Source: Candidatus Poribacteria bacterium (GTDB lineage: Bacteria > Poribacteria > WGA-4E > PCPOR2b). Taken from it: DNA of 64,000 bases. Within the stretch, counting starts at the first letter, position 1. Every line of letters starts with the position of its first letter. The position numbers and the translations under genes were made by a program. The notes beneath the pieces are model-generated. The model ran no database searches. It was given only the letters and a program-made list of their open reading frames with translations, and was not told the DNA's origin. The stretch spans positions 4,192,001 through 4,256,000 of the forward strand of contig OZ244587.1 in the NCBI GenBank assembly GCA_965218095.1, given 5' to 3'. This document shows positions 30,937 through 42,666 of this stretch, piece after piece.

Positions 30937-33900
30937 ATGCAGAACCGATACAGTGAATACGAACTCGTTGAACAACCCGCCATCGCCCTGCTTGCAGGAA
31001 TGGGGTGGAAGACGCTGAATTGTTACAGCGAATTCGCTCAGGGGGGCGGCAGTCCGCTCGGCAGAGAGCACAAGGGCGAAGTTGTTCTGACAACCAAGTT
31101 ACGAATTGCCCTTGAGAAACTCAACCCCGATGCGTCCAATGAAGCGATCAACGCAGCGATTGAGGAGCTGACCCGTTCCCGTGCGGTTATGAGCCTTGTC
31201 GAAGCCAATCGGGAGCTTTACGGTCTGCTGAAAGACGGTGTGAAGGTGACGGTCAGTGATCCGGACGGTGAGGGTGAAACCGTCGAAGTCCTTCGGGTAA
31301 TTGACTGGGAGAACCCAGAGAGCAACGATTTCTTTCTAGCGTCACAGTTCTGGATTGCCGGCGAGATGTACACCAGAAGACCCGACCTAATCGGCTTTAT
31401 CAACGGGCTACCGTTGGCGCTGATGGAGTTCAAACGGATTGACGAGAACCTCTACGCCGCCTACGACGACAATCTCAGGGACTACAAGGACGCCATTCCC
31501 CACCTGTTCTGGTACAACGCCCTGATTATCCTCTCCAACGGCTCAGAGAGCAGAGTCGGTAGCCTGACAGCCAGTTGGGAACACTTCACCGAATGGAAAC
31601 GGATTGACGGTGAAGATGAACAGGGCGGGGTTTCATTGGAGACGATTTTAAGAGGCGTCTGTGACCATCGGCGGTTATTGGACATCATTGAGAGTTTTAC
31701 CCTATTTATGGAAGGCCAAGGCGAGTTGACTAAACTTATCTCCAAAAATCATCAATACTTGGGGGTGAACAACGCCATCAAAGCCCTGCGGCAGATAGAA
31801 TCCAATCGAGGGAAACTCGGTGTCTTCTGGCATACGCAAGGCTCAGGAAAGAGCATCTCGATGATTTTCTTCGCCCAGAAAGTGCTGAGAAAGATTCAGG
31901 GCAACTGGACGTTTGTTATCGTAACAGACCGCAAAGAGTTGGACAACCAAATCTATAAAAACTTCGCGGATTGCAGTGGCGTGGTTGCTCAGAAAGAGGT
32001 CCATGCGGAAAATGTCGAGCATCTCCGGCAACTCTTAGGCGAAGATCATCGCTACGTCTTCACCCTCATCCACAAGTTCCAGACAAGAGGCGGCGAAACA
32101 CACCCTGTTCTTTCCGATCGGTCAGACATCATCGTTATCACTGATGAATCCCACCGCAGTCAATACGACACATTGGCGTTGAACATGCGGATAGCTCTCC
32201 CCAACGCTGCATTCATCGCCTTCACAGGCACGCCGTTAATCGCCGGAGAGGAAAAGACGCGGGAGGTTTTCGGGGATTATGTCTCGATTTACGATTTTAA
32301 ACAGTCCATCTCAGACAGCGCGACCGTCCCGCTCTATTATGAGAACCGGGTCCCCCAACTGCAATTGACCAACGAAGACCTGAACGAAGGCCTCGCGCAG
32401 ATTCTTGAGTCGGCTGAACTCGATGAAGCACAGGAAACCAAGATTGAGCGCGAGTTTGCCAGAGAGTATCAACTCATCACGCGAGATGACCGATTAGAAA
32501 CCGTCGCGGAAGATATTGTCTCACACTTTATGGGACGTGGATACCGGGGCAAGGCGATGGTCATCTCAATCGACAAGGCAACGGCGGTCAAGATGTATGA
32601 CAAGGTGCAGAAACAGTGGAAACGGTATCTCGACGGTCTGAGATCAGAGTTAGCCAATACTATTTCAATTGCGCAGAGAGAACAGCTTGCGGCAAAGATT
32701 CAGTACATGGAAGCGACCGATATGGCAGTGGTGGTATCCCAATCGCAAAACGAGATTGACGATCTGAAAAAGAAAGGCGTGAACATCAAACCGCACCGGG
32801 AGCGCATGGTCACTGAGGATTTGGACACCAAATTCAAAGACCCGGATGATCTGTTCCGAATCGTTTTCGTCTGTGCGATGTGGAGCACCGGGTTCGATGT
32901 GCCGTCTTGTTCGACGATTTATCTGGACAAGCCACAACGCAATCATACCTTGATGCAGACCATCGCCAGAGCCAACCGAGTTTTCAGAGATAAAGTCAAC
33001 GGTTTGATTGTCGATTACATCGGTGTCTTCCGCGACCTTGAGAGGGCGTTGGCGATTTATGCGACAGGCGCTGATGAGGAAGGCAGAAGCCCGATTCGGG
33101 ATAAATCGGAGCTTGTCGAGCGGCTCAGACAGGCAATTGCCGAAGTCAAAGAATTCTGCGCGAATCTCGGCGTGGATCTTGCCAAGATTGAGGAAACGAA
33201 AACGGAACCCTTTGAACAGGTCAAGCTGATTGACGATGCAATGAACAGCATATTGATCGGCGATGAGACCAAACGGGACTACCTGCAACACGCAAGTAGT
33301 GTCTTCAAGCTATACAAGGCGATTCTACCCGATTCCGCGGCGAATGACTTCAGTGGAATCTGCACACTCATCAATATCATCGCGCGGAAAATCAGAAACT
33401 TGACCACATCAGCGGACACCTCCAATGTGATGACCGCGATCGAAGACCTACTTGACCAGTCAATCACGCCCGCGGATTACATAATAGAGGCAGCCAAGGA
33501 TTATGAAACGAATCAGACTCTTGATTTAAGTCAGATTGACTTCGACCAACTCCGGGAAAAGTTCAAAACCCAACACAAACAGATTGAGGTCGAAAAACTC
33601 AGAGGGGCAATAAACAGGAAGCTATCCCAGATGATTCGCATCAACAAAACCCGAATGGATTATCAGGAGAAATTCGAGCAGATGATTGCGGCTTATAATG
33701 AAGCTGCGATTAACACTGATGTGTTGTCCGAGCAACTGATTGCATTGGCTAGCGAACTTAACGAAGAGGAGCAACGCGCCATCGCCGAACAGCTCTCCGA
33801 AGAAGAATTGACCGTGTTTGACCTGCTGATCCGACCAGAGTTCGACTTGACCAAATTGGAACGAAACGAAGTGAAAGGCGTTGCTCAAAAGTTGCTTGAG

Positions 33901-34107
33901 ACGCTCAAACGGGAGAAGTTCGTCCTAGATTGGCGCAAACGTGAACAATCACGCGCTGAAGTCAAGGTCGCTGTTAAAGATATTCTTGACGAACTACCGA
34001 AATGTTACACGAAGGATTTGTATAATCAGAAATGTGAAGTGGTGTATCAGCACGTCTATGATTCTTACTATGGGGTTGGCAATAGTATTTATATGGTTGA
34101 GGCATAA
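30937..34107 (+). CDS. hsdR: Type I R-M restriction/helicase subunit
   Basis: RRPDL..INGLPL..MEFK, HTQGSGKS, DESHRSQY, FTGTP, TGFD, QTIARANR. Confidence 0.96.
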   Translation: MQNRYSEYELVEQPAIALLAGMGWKTLNCYSEFAQGGGSPLGREHKGEVVLTTKLRIALEKLNPDASNEAINAAIEELTRSRAVMSLVEANRELYGLLKDGVKVTVSDPDGEGETVEVLRVIDWENPESNDFFLASQFWIAGEMYTRRPDLIGFINGLPLALMEFKRIDENLYAAYDDNLRDYKDAIPHLFWYNALIILSNGSESRVGSLTASWEHFTEWKRIDGEDEQGGVSLETILRGVCDHRRLLDIIESFTLFMEGQGELTKLISKNHQYLGVNNAIKALRQIESNRGKLGVFWHTQGSGKSISMIFFAQKVLRKIQGNWTFVIVTDRKELDNQIYKNFADCSGVVAQKEVHAENVEHLRQLLGEDHRYVFTLIHKFQTRGGETHPVLSDRSDIIVITDESHRSQYDTLALNMRIALPNAAFIAFTGTPLIAGEEKTREVFGDYVSIYDFKQSISDSATVPLYYENRVPQLQLTNEDLNEGLAQILESAELDEAQETKIEREFAREYQLITRDDRLETVAEDIVSHFMGRGYRGKAMVISIDKATAVKMYDKVQKQWKRYLDGLRSELANTISIAQREQLAAKIQYMEATDMAVVVSQSQNEIDDLKKKGVNIKPHRERMVTEDLDTKFKDPDDLFRIVFVCAMWSTGFDVPSCSTIYLDKPQRNHTLMQTIARANRVFRDKVNGLIVDYIGVFRDLERALAIYATGADEEGRSPIRDKSELVERLRQAIAEVKEFCANLGVDLAKIEETKTEPFEQVKLIDDAMNSILIGDETKRDYLQHASSVFKLYKAILPDSAANDFSGICTLINIIARKIRNLTTSADTSNVMTAIEDLLDQSITPADYIIEAAKDYETNQTLDLSQIDFDQLREKFKTQHKQIEVEKLRGAINRKLSQMIRINKTRMDYQEKFEQMIAAYNEAAINTDVLSEQLIALASELNEEEQRAIAEQLSEEELTVFDLLIRPEFDLTKLERNEVKGVAQKLLETLKREKFVLDWRKREQSRAEVKVAVKDILDELPKCYTKDLYNQKCEVVYQHVYDSYYGVGNSIYMVEA

Positions 34108-34126
34108 TCGCTGAAATGATTTTGAA

Positions 34127-34173
34127 GTAGAGGGGGCAACGATAGAATAGTGATTCCATCGTTGCCCCCTCTA
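34127..34173. repeat. GTAG-type REP-like hairpin / possible terminator after hsdR
   Basis: Perfect 16-bp stem TAGAGGGGGCAACGAT and ATCGTTGCCCCCTCTA. Confidence 0.7.
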
Positions 34174-34361
34174 AACGGCCCACCATCCGACTGTATGATT
34201 TAACGCCAAATGAGGTGATCGATGAATTGCGCCTCAGCAAAGAGGTGGATTTTAACGTCAGACATTTCGGATTACGTTGTGCTTTGCATTCGATGGCCCG
34301 AGTGGAAAATTTAGGGACATTTAATTCTCGGAAATTGACCCTATGGAAAATTCGTTTTCCC

Positions 34362-34390
34362 TTGACGCCCCCAGGAGAGTTGAGTATAAT
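34362..34390 (+). promoter_or_regulatory. Sigma70 promoter of selA
   Basis: TTGACG-17 nt-TATAAT, 11 nt before the ATG. Confidence 0.7.
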
Positions 34391-34401
34391 GAAGATCAGT
34401 C

Positions 34402-35841
34402 ATGCCAGAAAAGAAATTGACCCCAGACCAACAAGCCGCTTTACGCCACATACCTGCCATCGAACAGTTGCTTGCTCACGAATCGTTCTTCAGCATGCAG
34501 AGGCAATACTCACGAGATCTGATCACAGAGGTCTTGCGTTCAGTTACTGCGGAGGTTCGGACGCAAATCCTTAACTGCGAGGAGGTTGTGCACGCCCCAG
34601 ATGAGGTGGAGTATGCAGCCCTTGTCCGTGCGAAGCTCGAAGCCCTAACAGCTTCTGCACTCCAGCCGATTGTCAACGTCACCGGAACAATCACACACAC
34701 AAATTTGGGCAGATCGCTCCTCAGTCCGTCAGCATGCGAAAGCCTCGTTCAAGCCGCCGCCAACTATGTCAATCTGGAATATGATCTGGATACAGGCGCT
34801 CGGGGGCGCCGGGATGGGATCACTGAACCCCTGTTGCAGCGACTGACAGGATGCGAAGCTTCAACAGTAGTGAACAACAACGCGGCTGCTGTGCTACTTG
34901 CGTTAAACACACTGGCGCGTAGCAAAGAGGTGATTGTTTCTCGAGGCGAACTCATTGAGATTGGAGGTGCGTTTCGCATCCCCAATGTGATGGAAGCGAG
35001 TGGAGCCATCTTGCGGGAGGTGGGAACAACGAACCGAACCCATCTCAAGGACTACGAGGCCGCTATCAACGAAAATACAGCCTTGCTGCTCAAGGTGCAT
35101 CCGAGCAACTACAAGGTCGTTGGATTCGCGTCAACCCCCGAAATAGAGGAGATCACCGAGCTCGGGCGTCAGTGCGGCATCCCAACGATGGAAGATCTCG
35201 GGAGTGGCTCGCTGATTGATCTGGGGCGTTACGGTTTGCCCCATGAGCCTGTTGTTCGTGAACGCGTCGCGGCAGACGTCGATATCGTCACGTTCAGCGG
35301 CGACAAACTGCTCGGCGGTCCACAGGCAGGAATCATCGTCGGCAAGTCAGACCTAATCCAAAGAATTCGCAAAAACCCACTGATGCGAGCGCTGCGCGTC
35401 GGAAAACTCACAATCGCCGCACTCGAAGCGACTTTGCGGCTCTACCTCAACGAAAAGGGGTTGACCGAAAAACTCCCGATGCTCCATCGCTACACCCGAT
35501 CTATCGACGAACTCCGCCGGATCGCTGAGAAACTCGCCGGTCGCCTTCGACAGATCTTCGACGACGCCATCCAGGTGACGATTGAAGAGAGCGCCGCGCA
35601 AATCGGCAGCGGTTCACTGCCCGTGGATACATTGCCGAGCTTCGCTGTCGCCCTTGAATCGACGCAGATTTCCGCCGAAGCCCTCGCGGCACATTTCCGC
35701 GCCCAGCCGATTCCGATCATCGGACGGACGCAGGACGAGCGATTTTGGCTTGATGTGCGGACGGTGTTTGAGCAAGAGTTGGCGTGGATTGTTGAGGCGG
35801 CGAAGGGCGTGAAGTGTAATTGTCTGATTTTTCTTACGTAA
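34402..35841 (+). CDS. selA: L-seryl-tRNA(Sec) selenium transferase
   Basis: HTNLGRS, VNNNAAAV, SRGELIEIGGAFRIP, EVGTTNRTH, SGDKLLGGPQAG, IGSGSLP. Confidence 0.95.
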   Translation: MPEKKLTPDQQAALRHIPAIEQLLAHESFFSMQRQYSRDLITEVLRSVTAEVRTQILNCEEVVHAPDEVEYAALVRAKLEALTASALQPIVNVTGTITHTNLGRSLLSPSACESLVQAAANYVNLEYDLDTGARGRRDGITEPLLQRLTGCEASTVVNNNAAAVLLALNTLARSKEVIVSRGELIEIGGAFRIPNVMEASGAILREVGTTNRTHLKDYEAAINENTALLLKVHPSNYKVVGFASTPEIEEITELGRQCGIPTMEDLGSGSLIDLGRYGLPHEPVVRERVAADVDIVTFSGDKLLGGPQAGIIVGKSDLIQRIRKNPLMRALRVGKLTIAALEATLRLYLNEKGLTEKLPMLHRYTRSIDELRRIAEKLAGRLRQIFDDAIQVTIEESAAQIGSGSLPVDTLPSFAVALESTQISAEALAAHFRAQPIPIIGRTQDERFWLDVRTVFEQELAWIVEAAKGVKCNCLIFLT

Positions 35842-35848
35842 CCGTTAC

Positions 35849-36045
35849 CTAATCGTTCTTTGCCCCGGCATCGATCCATTTTTTGATGAGATTTATCTCC
35901 TTCGGTTTGAGGAGGGGATTGTCGAGCGGCATTCGCGGGGGCTTCTGACCGGTGATCCGTTGGAACAGCAAACTGCCCGCCGCATCCCTTTGAACAATCG
36001 GCGGTCCACTGACGCCGCCTTGCATCATCACGTCGTAATCAATCA
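35849..36045 (-). pseudogene. Planctomycete-type cytochrome c domain fragment lacking CxxCH
   Basis: GGVSGPPIV....SLLFQRI....PRMP....L...EI..IKKWIDAGA. Confidence 0.65.
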
Positions 36046-36061
36046 GCTCACGCTGCACGCT

Positions 36062-37159
36062 TCACACATCACGCCACTGCTCCAGCGGATGCCGGCGATC
36101 AGCGAGTGGCAGTTCAACGCGGCGGCCGCCTTCGCGGTGGGATTGGTAAATCGCCATCATCATCTCAAACGCCCAACGTCCCTCATCGCCGCTGCTTGGT
36201 GGTTCCGTGTCCGTTTCAATGGCGTGAATCATCCGTCGATACATCGTGACGATTGCCTCCTCGACACCGACATCTGACAAATCCACGTGCTGCCAGTCTG
36301 AGAACTGCGCCGGCGCGCCTTCCATCGGACGCGGCAGATGCCACAGGTTGTCTGTCATGCTTCCCGACGCACGCATCGCCAACTGTCCTTCCGTTCCTAG
36401 AACGTCCACGCCGTAATTTTCGCTCATCGTCTTGGCGTAGTTAATAAAGTGTGTTTCACCCCAGATACCGCCCTGGAAACCGTAGTGAGCAATTGCCCGC
36501 GTCCCCATCACCAGCCCGGAATCCCGATCTCGCGGAGACATCTCCTTCGCCTCCATAATGTCCGCTGGGCCGGCGGGGCGATTCCCGTTGTAGACTGTGC
36601 CCGAACACCACTGCGGAATCCCACCGAAGCAGAGCATCATGTCCGCGGTATGGGTGCCCATCTCCATGAACTCATTTCCGCTTTTGCGTCCGGCTTTGTT
36701 TCTACCTCGCACCAAGACAACGTCGCCAATGATGCCCTCCTTCACCATCGCCTGCGCCTTGCGGATGCCGGGATTGACGTGGTTCTGTTGGTTGATGGCG
36801 AACTTCGCGCCGGACCTTCCCGCAACAGCGACCATATCATCGGCTTCGACGAGGTCAATGGCAATCGGTTTCTCGCACAAAACGGAGATTCCCCGCCGTA
36901 ACGCCGCAACGGTCGGCGCATGGTGCCCGCGCGTCTGCGTGGCGACGGTGACGAGATCTAAATTTGCTTCTTCGTACATCTGCTCAAAATCGGTGTAACG
37001 CGCTTCGACGCCATACTCGTCCCCCGATCGATTGACGGCTTCGGGAAAAATATCACAGAGCGCGGCAAGTTCAAATTCGGGTAAGCGGTTGAGGACGCGA
37101 AGGTGACTGCGTCCCATCCCGCCACACCCAACGAGCCCCGCACGATAGGTTTTGGACAT
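36062..37159 (-). CDS. Gfo/Idh/MocA oxidoreductase
   Basis: VGCGGMG, CEKPIA, MGTHTAD; start MSKTYR after GGAG. Confidence 0.9.
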   Translation of the reverse strand: MSKTYRAGLVGCGGMGRSHLRVLNRLPEFELAALCDIFPEAVNRSGDEYGVEARYTDFEQMYEEANLDLVTVATQTRGHHAPTVAALRRGISVLCEKPIAIDLVEADDMVAVAGRSGAKFAINQQNHVNPGIRKAQAMVKEGIIGDVVLVRGRNKAGRKSGNEFMEMGTHTADMMLCFGGIPQWCSGTVYNGNRPAGPADIMEAKEMSPRDRDSGLVMGTRAIAHYGFQGGIWGETHFINYAKTMSENYGVDVLGTEGQLAMRASGSMTDNLWHLPRPMEGAPAQFSDWQHVDLSDVGVEEAIVTMYRRMIHAIETDTEPPSSGDEGRWAFEMMMAIYQSHREGGRRVELPLADRRHPLEQWRDV

Positions 37160-37335
37160 GATTGAGTCTCCATATCTTGATTTCAGATTGAAATTTCGTA
37201 GGCTTCTGAGAGGGGTACTGCGTATTGCGTATTGCGTGAAACGTAAAGCGTGATGCGTCGCCTGTGATGAGAATGAAAAAAGCTGTTTTCCCATGTTGCA
37301 TGGAGGGAAACAGCTTCTTGACAACTTCGGTTGGT

Positions 37336-39440
<2,105 letters not shown>

Positions 39441-39585
39441 GATATCAATAGCGAATTTTCAGTTTAATTTATTTAGGTGTGGGTGGGCGCGTCCTTCTCC
39501 CGATAATGGTTTCCCCACCGCTTACCCCCCTGTCAAGGCTTACCATTATCCATAAGTCTGCAAACCCTTGTGGTATAGGGATTCT

Positions 39586-39740
39586 GCCCGCCGATGAATC
39601 AGCGGGCTACACGGCTGCGTCCGATGAAGAAACCGATAAACGAAGTTTATTAGTTTCTCCTGAATCGAATTTAGAAAATCGCTCGAAAGCCCGATTCACC
39701 GGGATCCTTTTGCTGTAGTTCGGCGACTTCATCGCCGAGC
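39586..39740. repeat. Cluster of GTAG-type REP-like palindromes
   Basis: GCCCGCCGATGAATCAGCGGGCTAC, CCCGATTCACCGGG, GTAGTTCGGCGACTTCATCGCCGAGC. Confidence 0.55.
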
Positions 39741-39909
39741 GAAAAGATGTGGGTAATAGATAGCCGCAAGCGGAGGGAAAATCCGTATACAATTTTGATT
39801 TACGGTAGAAATACCGCTCATGTTAGACATTTGAAATCATAGCATAAGTAACCCCGAAATGCAAGAAAATTATACCAGGCCTCGCCCCTCATTTTCTTCC
39901 TTTCACGTT

Positions 39910-40725
39910 TCACGCCTCAAGTTTCCATTCATCACCGAGGATAACCTCCAACTGATCATGTGGCTTGAAGTAATCGGTCGGGTGATAGTTCTCGCCCATG
40001 TATCCGAATAAGCGTCGCCGGCGAGGCGTCATCCGCTCCAGCACATGCGACGGAAGGGTTTCGTAGTCGTAGGGACGGCTCCACATCTGACCGTAGCGGA
40101 AGGTGACGCTTTTCCGAATCCAATCGGTTTTATTCGATCCGACCGAGTGCCATTGCGCCCACGGGAAGATGACCGCATCGCCCGCTTCCGCAAGTACTTG
40201 GATTGCTCCTTCTGGAACAAATCCCGGTTCCGGGTGTTCAGGAAAAGGCTTTCGGTGACTGCCCGGCACCAGCATGAAATTTGCGCTGTCCGGCTGCGAT
40301 AGATCGGTCAGGAAAAACTGAACCTTGAATTGCAGGGGGAGGCTTTGTGGGTGAGGGTGAATCTGTTGCAGCGATGGACCTGCGTCCGTGTGGAAACCAA
40401 TCAAGGCTGCGTCGCTTGGGTAGCGGACATAGATCTGCGTTCCCATAATTTGAAGATAGGGTCCCATCAATGCGAGAATCGTCCCGAATATATTGGGGTG
40501 GTCTGTTAAGATGTCTAGTGCATCCGTTCGTTCGATTGCCCGAATGATGGTGAAAGCACAAGGCGCGTCTACCCCCAATTCCTCCTGGACATAATCTTCA
40601 ATAACTGGATCGACAGCGTTCAGGAGCATACGGATTTCTTCTGGTGAAAGCACCTGTTTCAGGACGAGATAGCCTTCCTCATCCCAGTGTTTGCGTTGTT
40701 CCTCTGTCAAGTACTGGTTTACCAT
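39910..40725 (-). CDS. PhyH-family dioxygenase
   Basis: WDEEGYLVL, FHTD, NFMLVPGSH, WHSVGSN...RK. Confidence 0.9.
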   Translation of the reverse strand: MVNQYLTEEQRKHWDEEGYLVLKQVLSPEEIRMLLNAVDPVIEDYVQEELGVDAPCAFTIIRAIERTDALDILTDHPNIFGTILALMGPYLQIMGTQIYVRYPSDAALIGFHTDAGPSLQQIHPHPQSLPLQFKVQFFLTDLSQPDSANFMLVPGSHRKPFPEHPEPGFVPEGAIQVLAEAGDAVIFPWAQWHSVGSNKTDWIRKSVTFRYGQMWSRPYDYETLPSHVLERMTPRRRRLFGYMGENYHPTDYFKPHDQLEVILGDEWKLEA

Positions 40726-40838
40726 CGTGATTCCTCCCATTGTTGGTTGTAAGTGTACATTGAACGCTGTGTCGGCGCCTGAAATTATACACGACTTGGA
40801 AGGTTATTTACTCTGATGCAATAACCTGGGGTTGCATG

Positions 40839-41480
40839 TTAATATCCCCATAGCCGCTGTAAATACGCCTTTGCCTGATATATGCCTGTTTCTGGGGACA
40901 TCACCCCGGACATCACCGCAACCCCATACGCCCCCACGTCGATACACTCTGAAACCCGTTCAGGTGTTATCCCACCCAACGCAAAAACGGGAATGTTGAC
41001 CGCTTCTGTGACCTTCCGAAGATTGTCCAAACCGACAACGGGACCATATCCGGGCTTACTCGCTGTGGGGTAGATTGGGCTATAGGTGAGGAAATCCGCG
41101 CCTTCCATTTTCCGCGTCTTCGCTTCGTCGAGCGTGTGGACCGAACAGCCGATGATGCAGCGACCATTTGTCTGTTGGATCACTTCTCGTACAGATGCTG
41201 AATCCCCCGGCAGATGGATGCCATCTGTCCCAAGCTCTATAGCCACTTTGATTCGTGAATTAATGAACAGTTGCGCAGAATAGGCGTGGCAGAACTTGCG
41301 GATGGGGCCAGCCAGTTTGATAAATTCAGCATCACTCAAGTCTTTTTCCCTGAGCTGGATCGCCGACGCACCCACGTCCAGAAGGTCATGGATAACGTCG
41401 TATAACGAGCGGGGCGCACACAGCTTCCGGTCGGTGATAACGTAGAGCCGGAAATCAATTGGGCTGCGAACAGGTGTCAT
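40839..41480 (-). CDS. thiE: Thiamine phosphate synthase (ThiE/TenI family)
   Basis: LYVITDR, IQLREKDL, GIHL, GCSVH, SPIYPTASK, PVFALGGI. Confidence 0.85.
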   Translation of the reverse strand: MTPVRSPIDFRLYVITDRKLCAPRSLYDVIHDLLDVGASAIQLREKDLSDAEFIKLAGPIRKFCHAYSAQLFINSRIKVAIELGTDGIHLPGDSASVREVIQQTNGRCIIGCSVHTLDEAKTRKMEGADFLTYSPIYPTASKPGYGPVVGLDNLRKVTEAVNIPVFALGGITPERVSECIDVGAYGVAVMSGVMSPETGIYQAKAYLQRLWGY

Positions 41481-41865
41481 TTCGCTATCTCATCAATCCG
41501 TCGCAACTCATCATCGGACAATTCGCCATCAGCGGCGGCGGCATTCGCGTCGATCTGTGCCAAGTTTTTCGCGCCGGGGATTGGACAGGTCACGGCTGGA
41601 TGGGCGAGGACAAAATTGCAGCGCGGCTTGCGCCAGCGGTCCGCAGATAAGTGTCCCGATGTTGTTTTCCAGACAGTATGGCAATAACACCGCCTCTGCA
41701 TCCCGTCGGAGGATGCTGTAATTGAGTTGGCAGATTGCACAGTTGCCATCGCGATTAAATTTCTGAAGGACTTCGGGGGAGTCTGTTGAAGTGCGATACG
41801 CACGAACTTTGCCTGCTTCAACTAAACGCTCAAACACTTCGAGGAAAATATCGGGTTCCCTGTTA
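41477..41865 (-). pseudogene. Aldo/keto reductase fragment
   Basis: EAGKVRAY, QLNYSIL, GPLAQ, HPAVTCPIPGAKN; internal deletion and frameshift. Confidence 0.8.
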
Positions 41866-41869
41866 GCAT

Positions 41870-42220
41870 CTCTGCTTTACTATGTTTCGGTTCAGTAAAT
41901 TTGTCATTAAGTGCCTTTAGCTGTTCAGACATCATTACCATTAGGCGTTCAACGATTTGCTCATCCCGTGAATAAGGAGGTTCTTCAATAAACTTTAGAA
42001 GATCGGTGGTTTCTTCTCTACCCCTTAGCAGACTATGACCGTTTCCACAGAGTGTCAAGCCGTTATCAAGTTCGGCGGCAAATTCAGGATATTTCACTAA
42101 CGGTTTGATGTGGTGAACTTCGAGGTTAGTATCAAATCCACATCGGCGACAGGCATTTCCATCGCGTTTTCTGACATCTTGTTTCCACTGATATTCTGAT
42201 GATGTGCGGTCATCTTGCAT
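41870..42220 (-). pseudogene. HNH endonuclease gene, truncated paralog of the HNH-Sel1 protein
   Basis: MQDDRTSSEYQW...RDGNACRRC..EVHHIKP..YP...DNGLTLCGNGH; runs into the AKR fragment. Confidence 0.8.
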
Positions 42221-42240
42221 TGGGATTTTCCTCTTAACAT

Positions 42241-42393
42241 AACCTGAGTTGCTAGTATCATAGAGAAACCGAGTTTTTCACTTTCAGATTGTCTGATTTA
42301 GGGAAAATCAGTTGTATTTTTCCCTAAATCGTGTTCCTAATCTATAAAAAACTCGGTTTCTGACGCTTGCTTTATCAACTAGCAACTTGCGTT
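42241..42393. mobile_element. MITE, 153 bp
   Basis: TIRs AACCTGAGTTGCTAG and CTAGCAACTTGCGTT, inner IR AGAAACCGAGTTTTT/AAAAACTCGGTTTCT, 5-bp direct repeat AACAT at 42236-42240 and 42394-42398. Confidence 0.8.
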
Positions 42394-42416
42394 AACATAA
42401 CGCAAGCCGCCCCCTA

Positions 42417-42550
42417 TCGCCCCGCCCCGATGCTGCGATCGGGATTCAAGGCAACTGGGGCTTTAGGGGGTTTGGGGGGGTTGGGTTGTTATTATTCTAT
42501 ACACATACCGCTCCGCCCCGATAAGATCGGGATTCAAAGCTACTGGAGCG
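42417..42550 (+). repeat. Two REP-like hairpins, each interrupted by the palindromic element (42425-42454 and 42516-42542)
   Basis: Removing the inserts gives GCCCCG|CTGGGGC and CGCTCCG|CTGGAGCG. Confidence 0.8.
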
Positions 42551-42666
42551 AAAGGTTGAGCCATTGACGAACGGAGAGACTCCGCCCCTACAGGAAAACC
42601 GATGGGTTTTCAGAAGAGGTGCCCGTTGCATAGACTTTTGAATTGCCTTCGTTCAATAGCGAGGGC

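Noticed and set aside
34108-34400. tRNA-Sec or another tRNA next to selA
   Set aside because: No cloverleaf or T-loop signature seen; only one hairpin.
42588-42660. VYATGTSS segment as an ATPase gene
   Set aside because: Too short to support; only noted as sequence shared with ~45090-45155.
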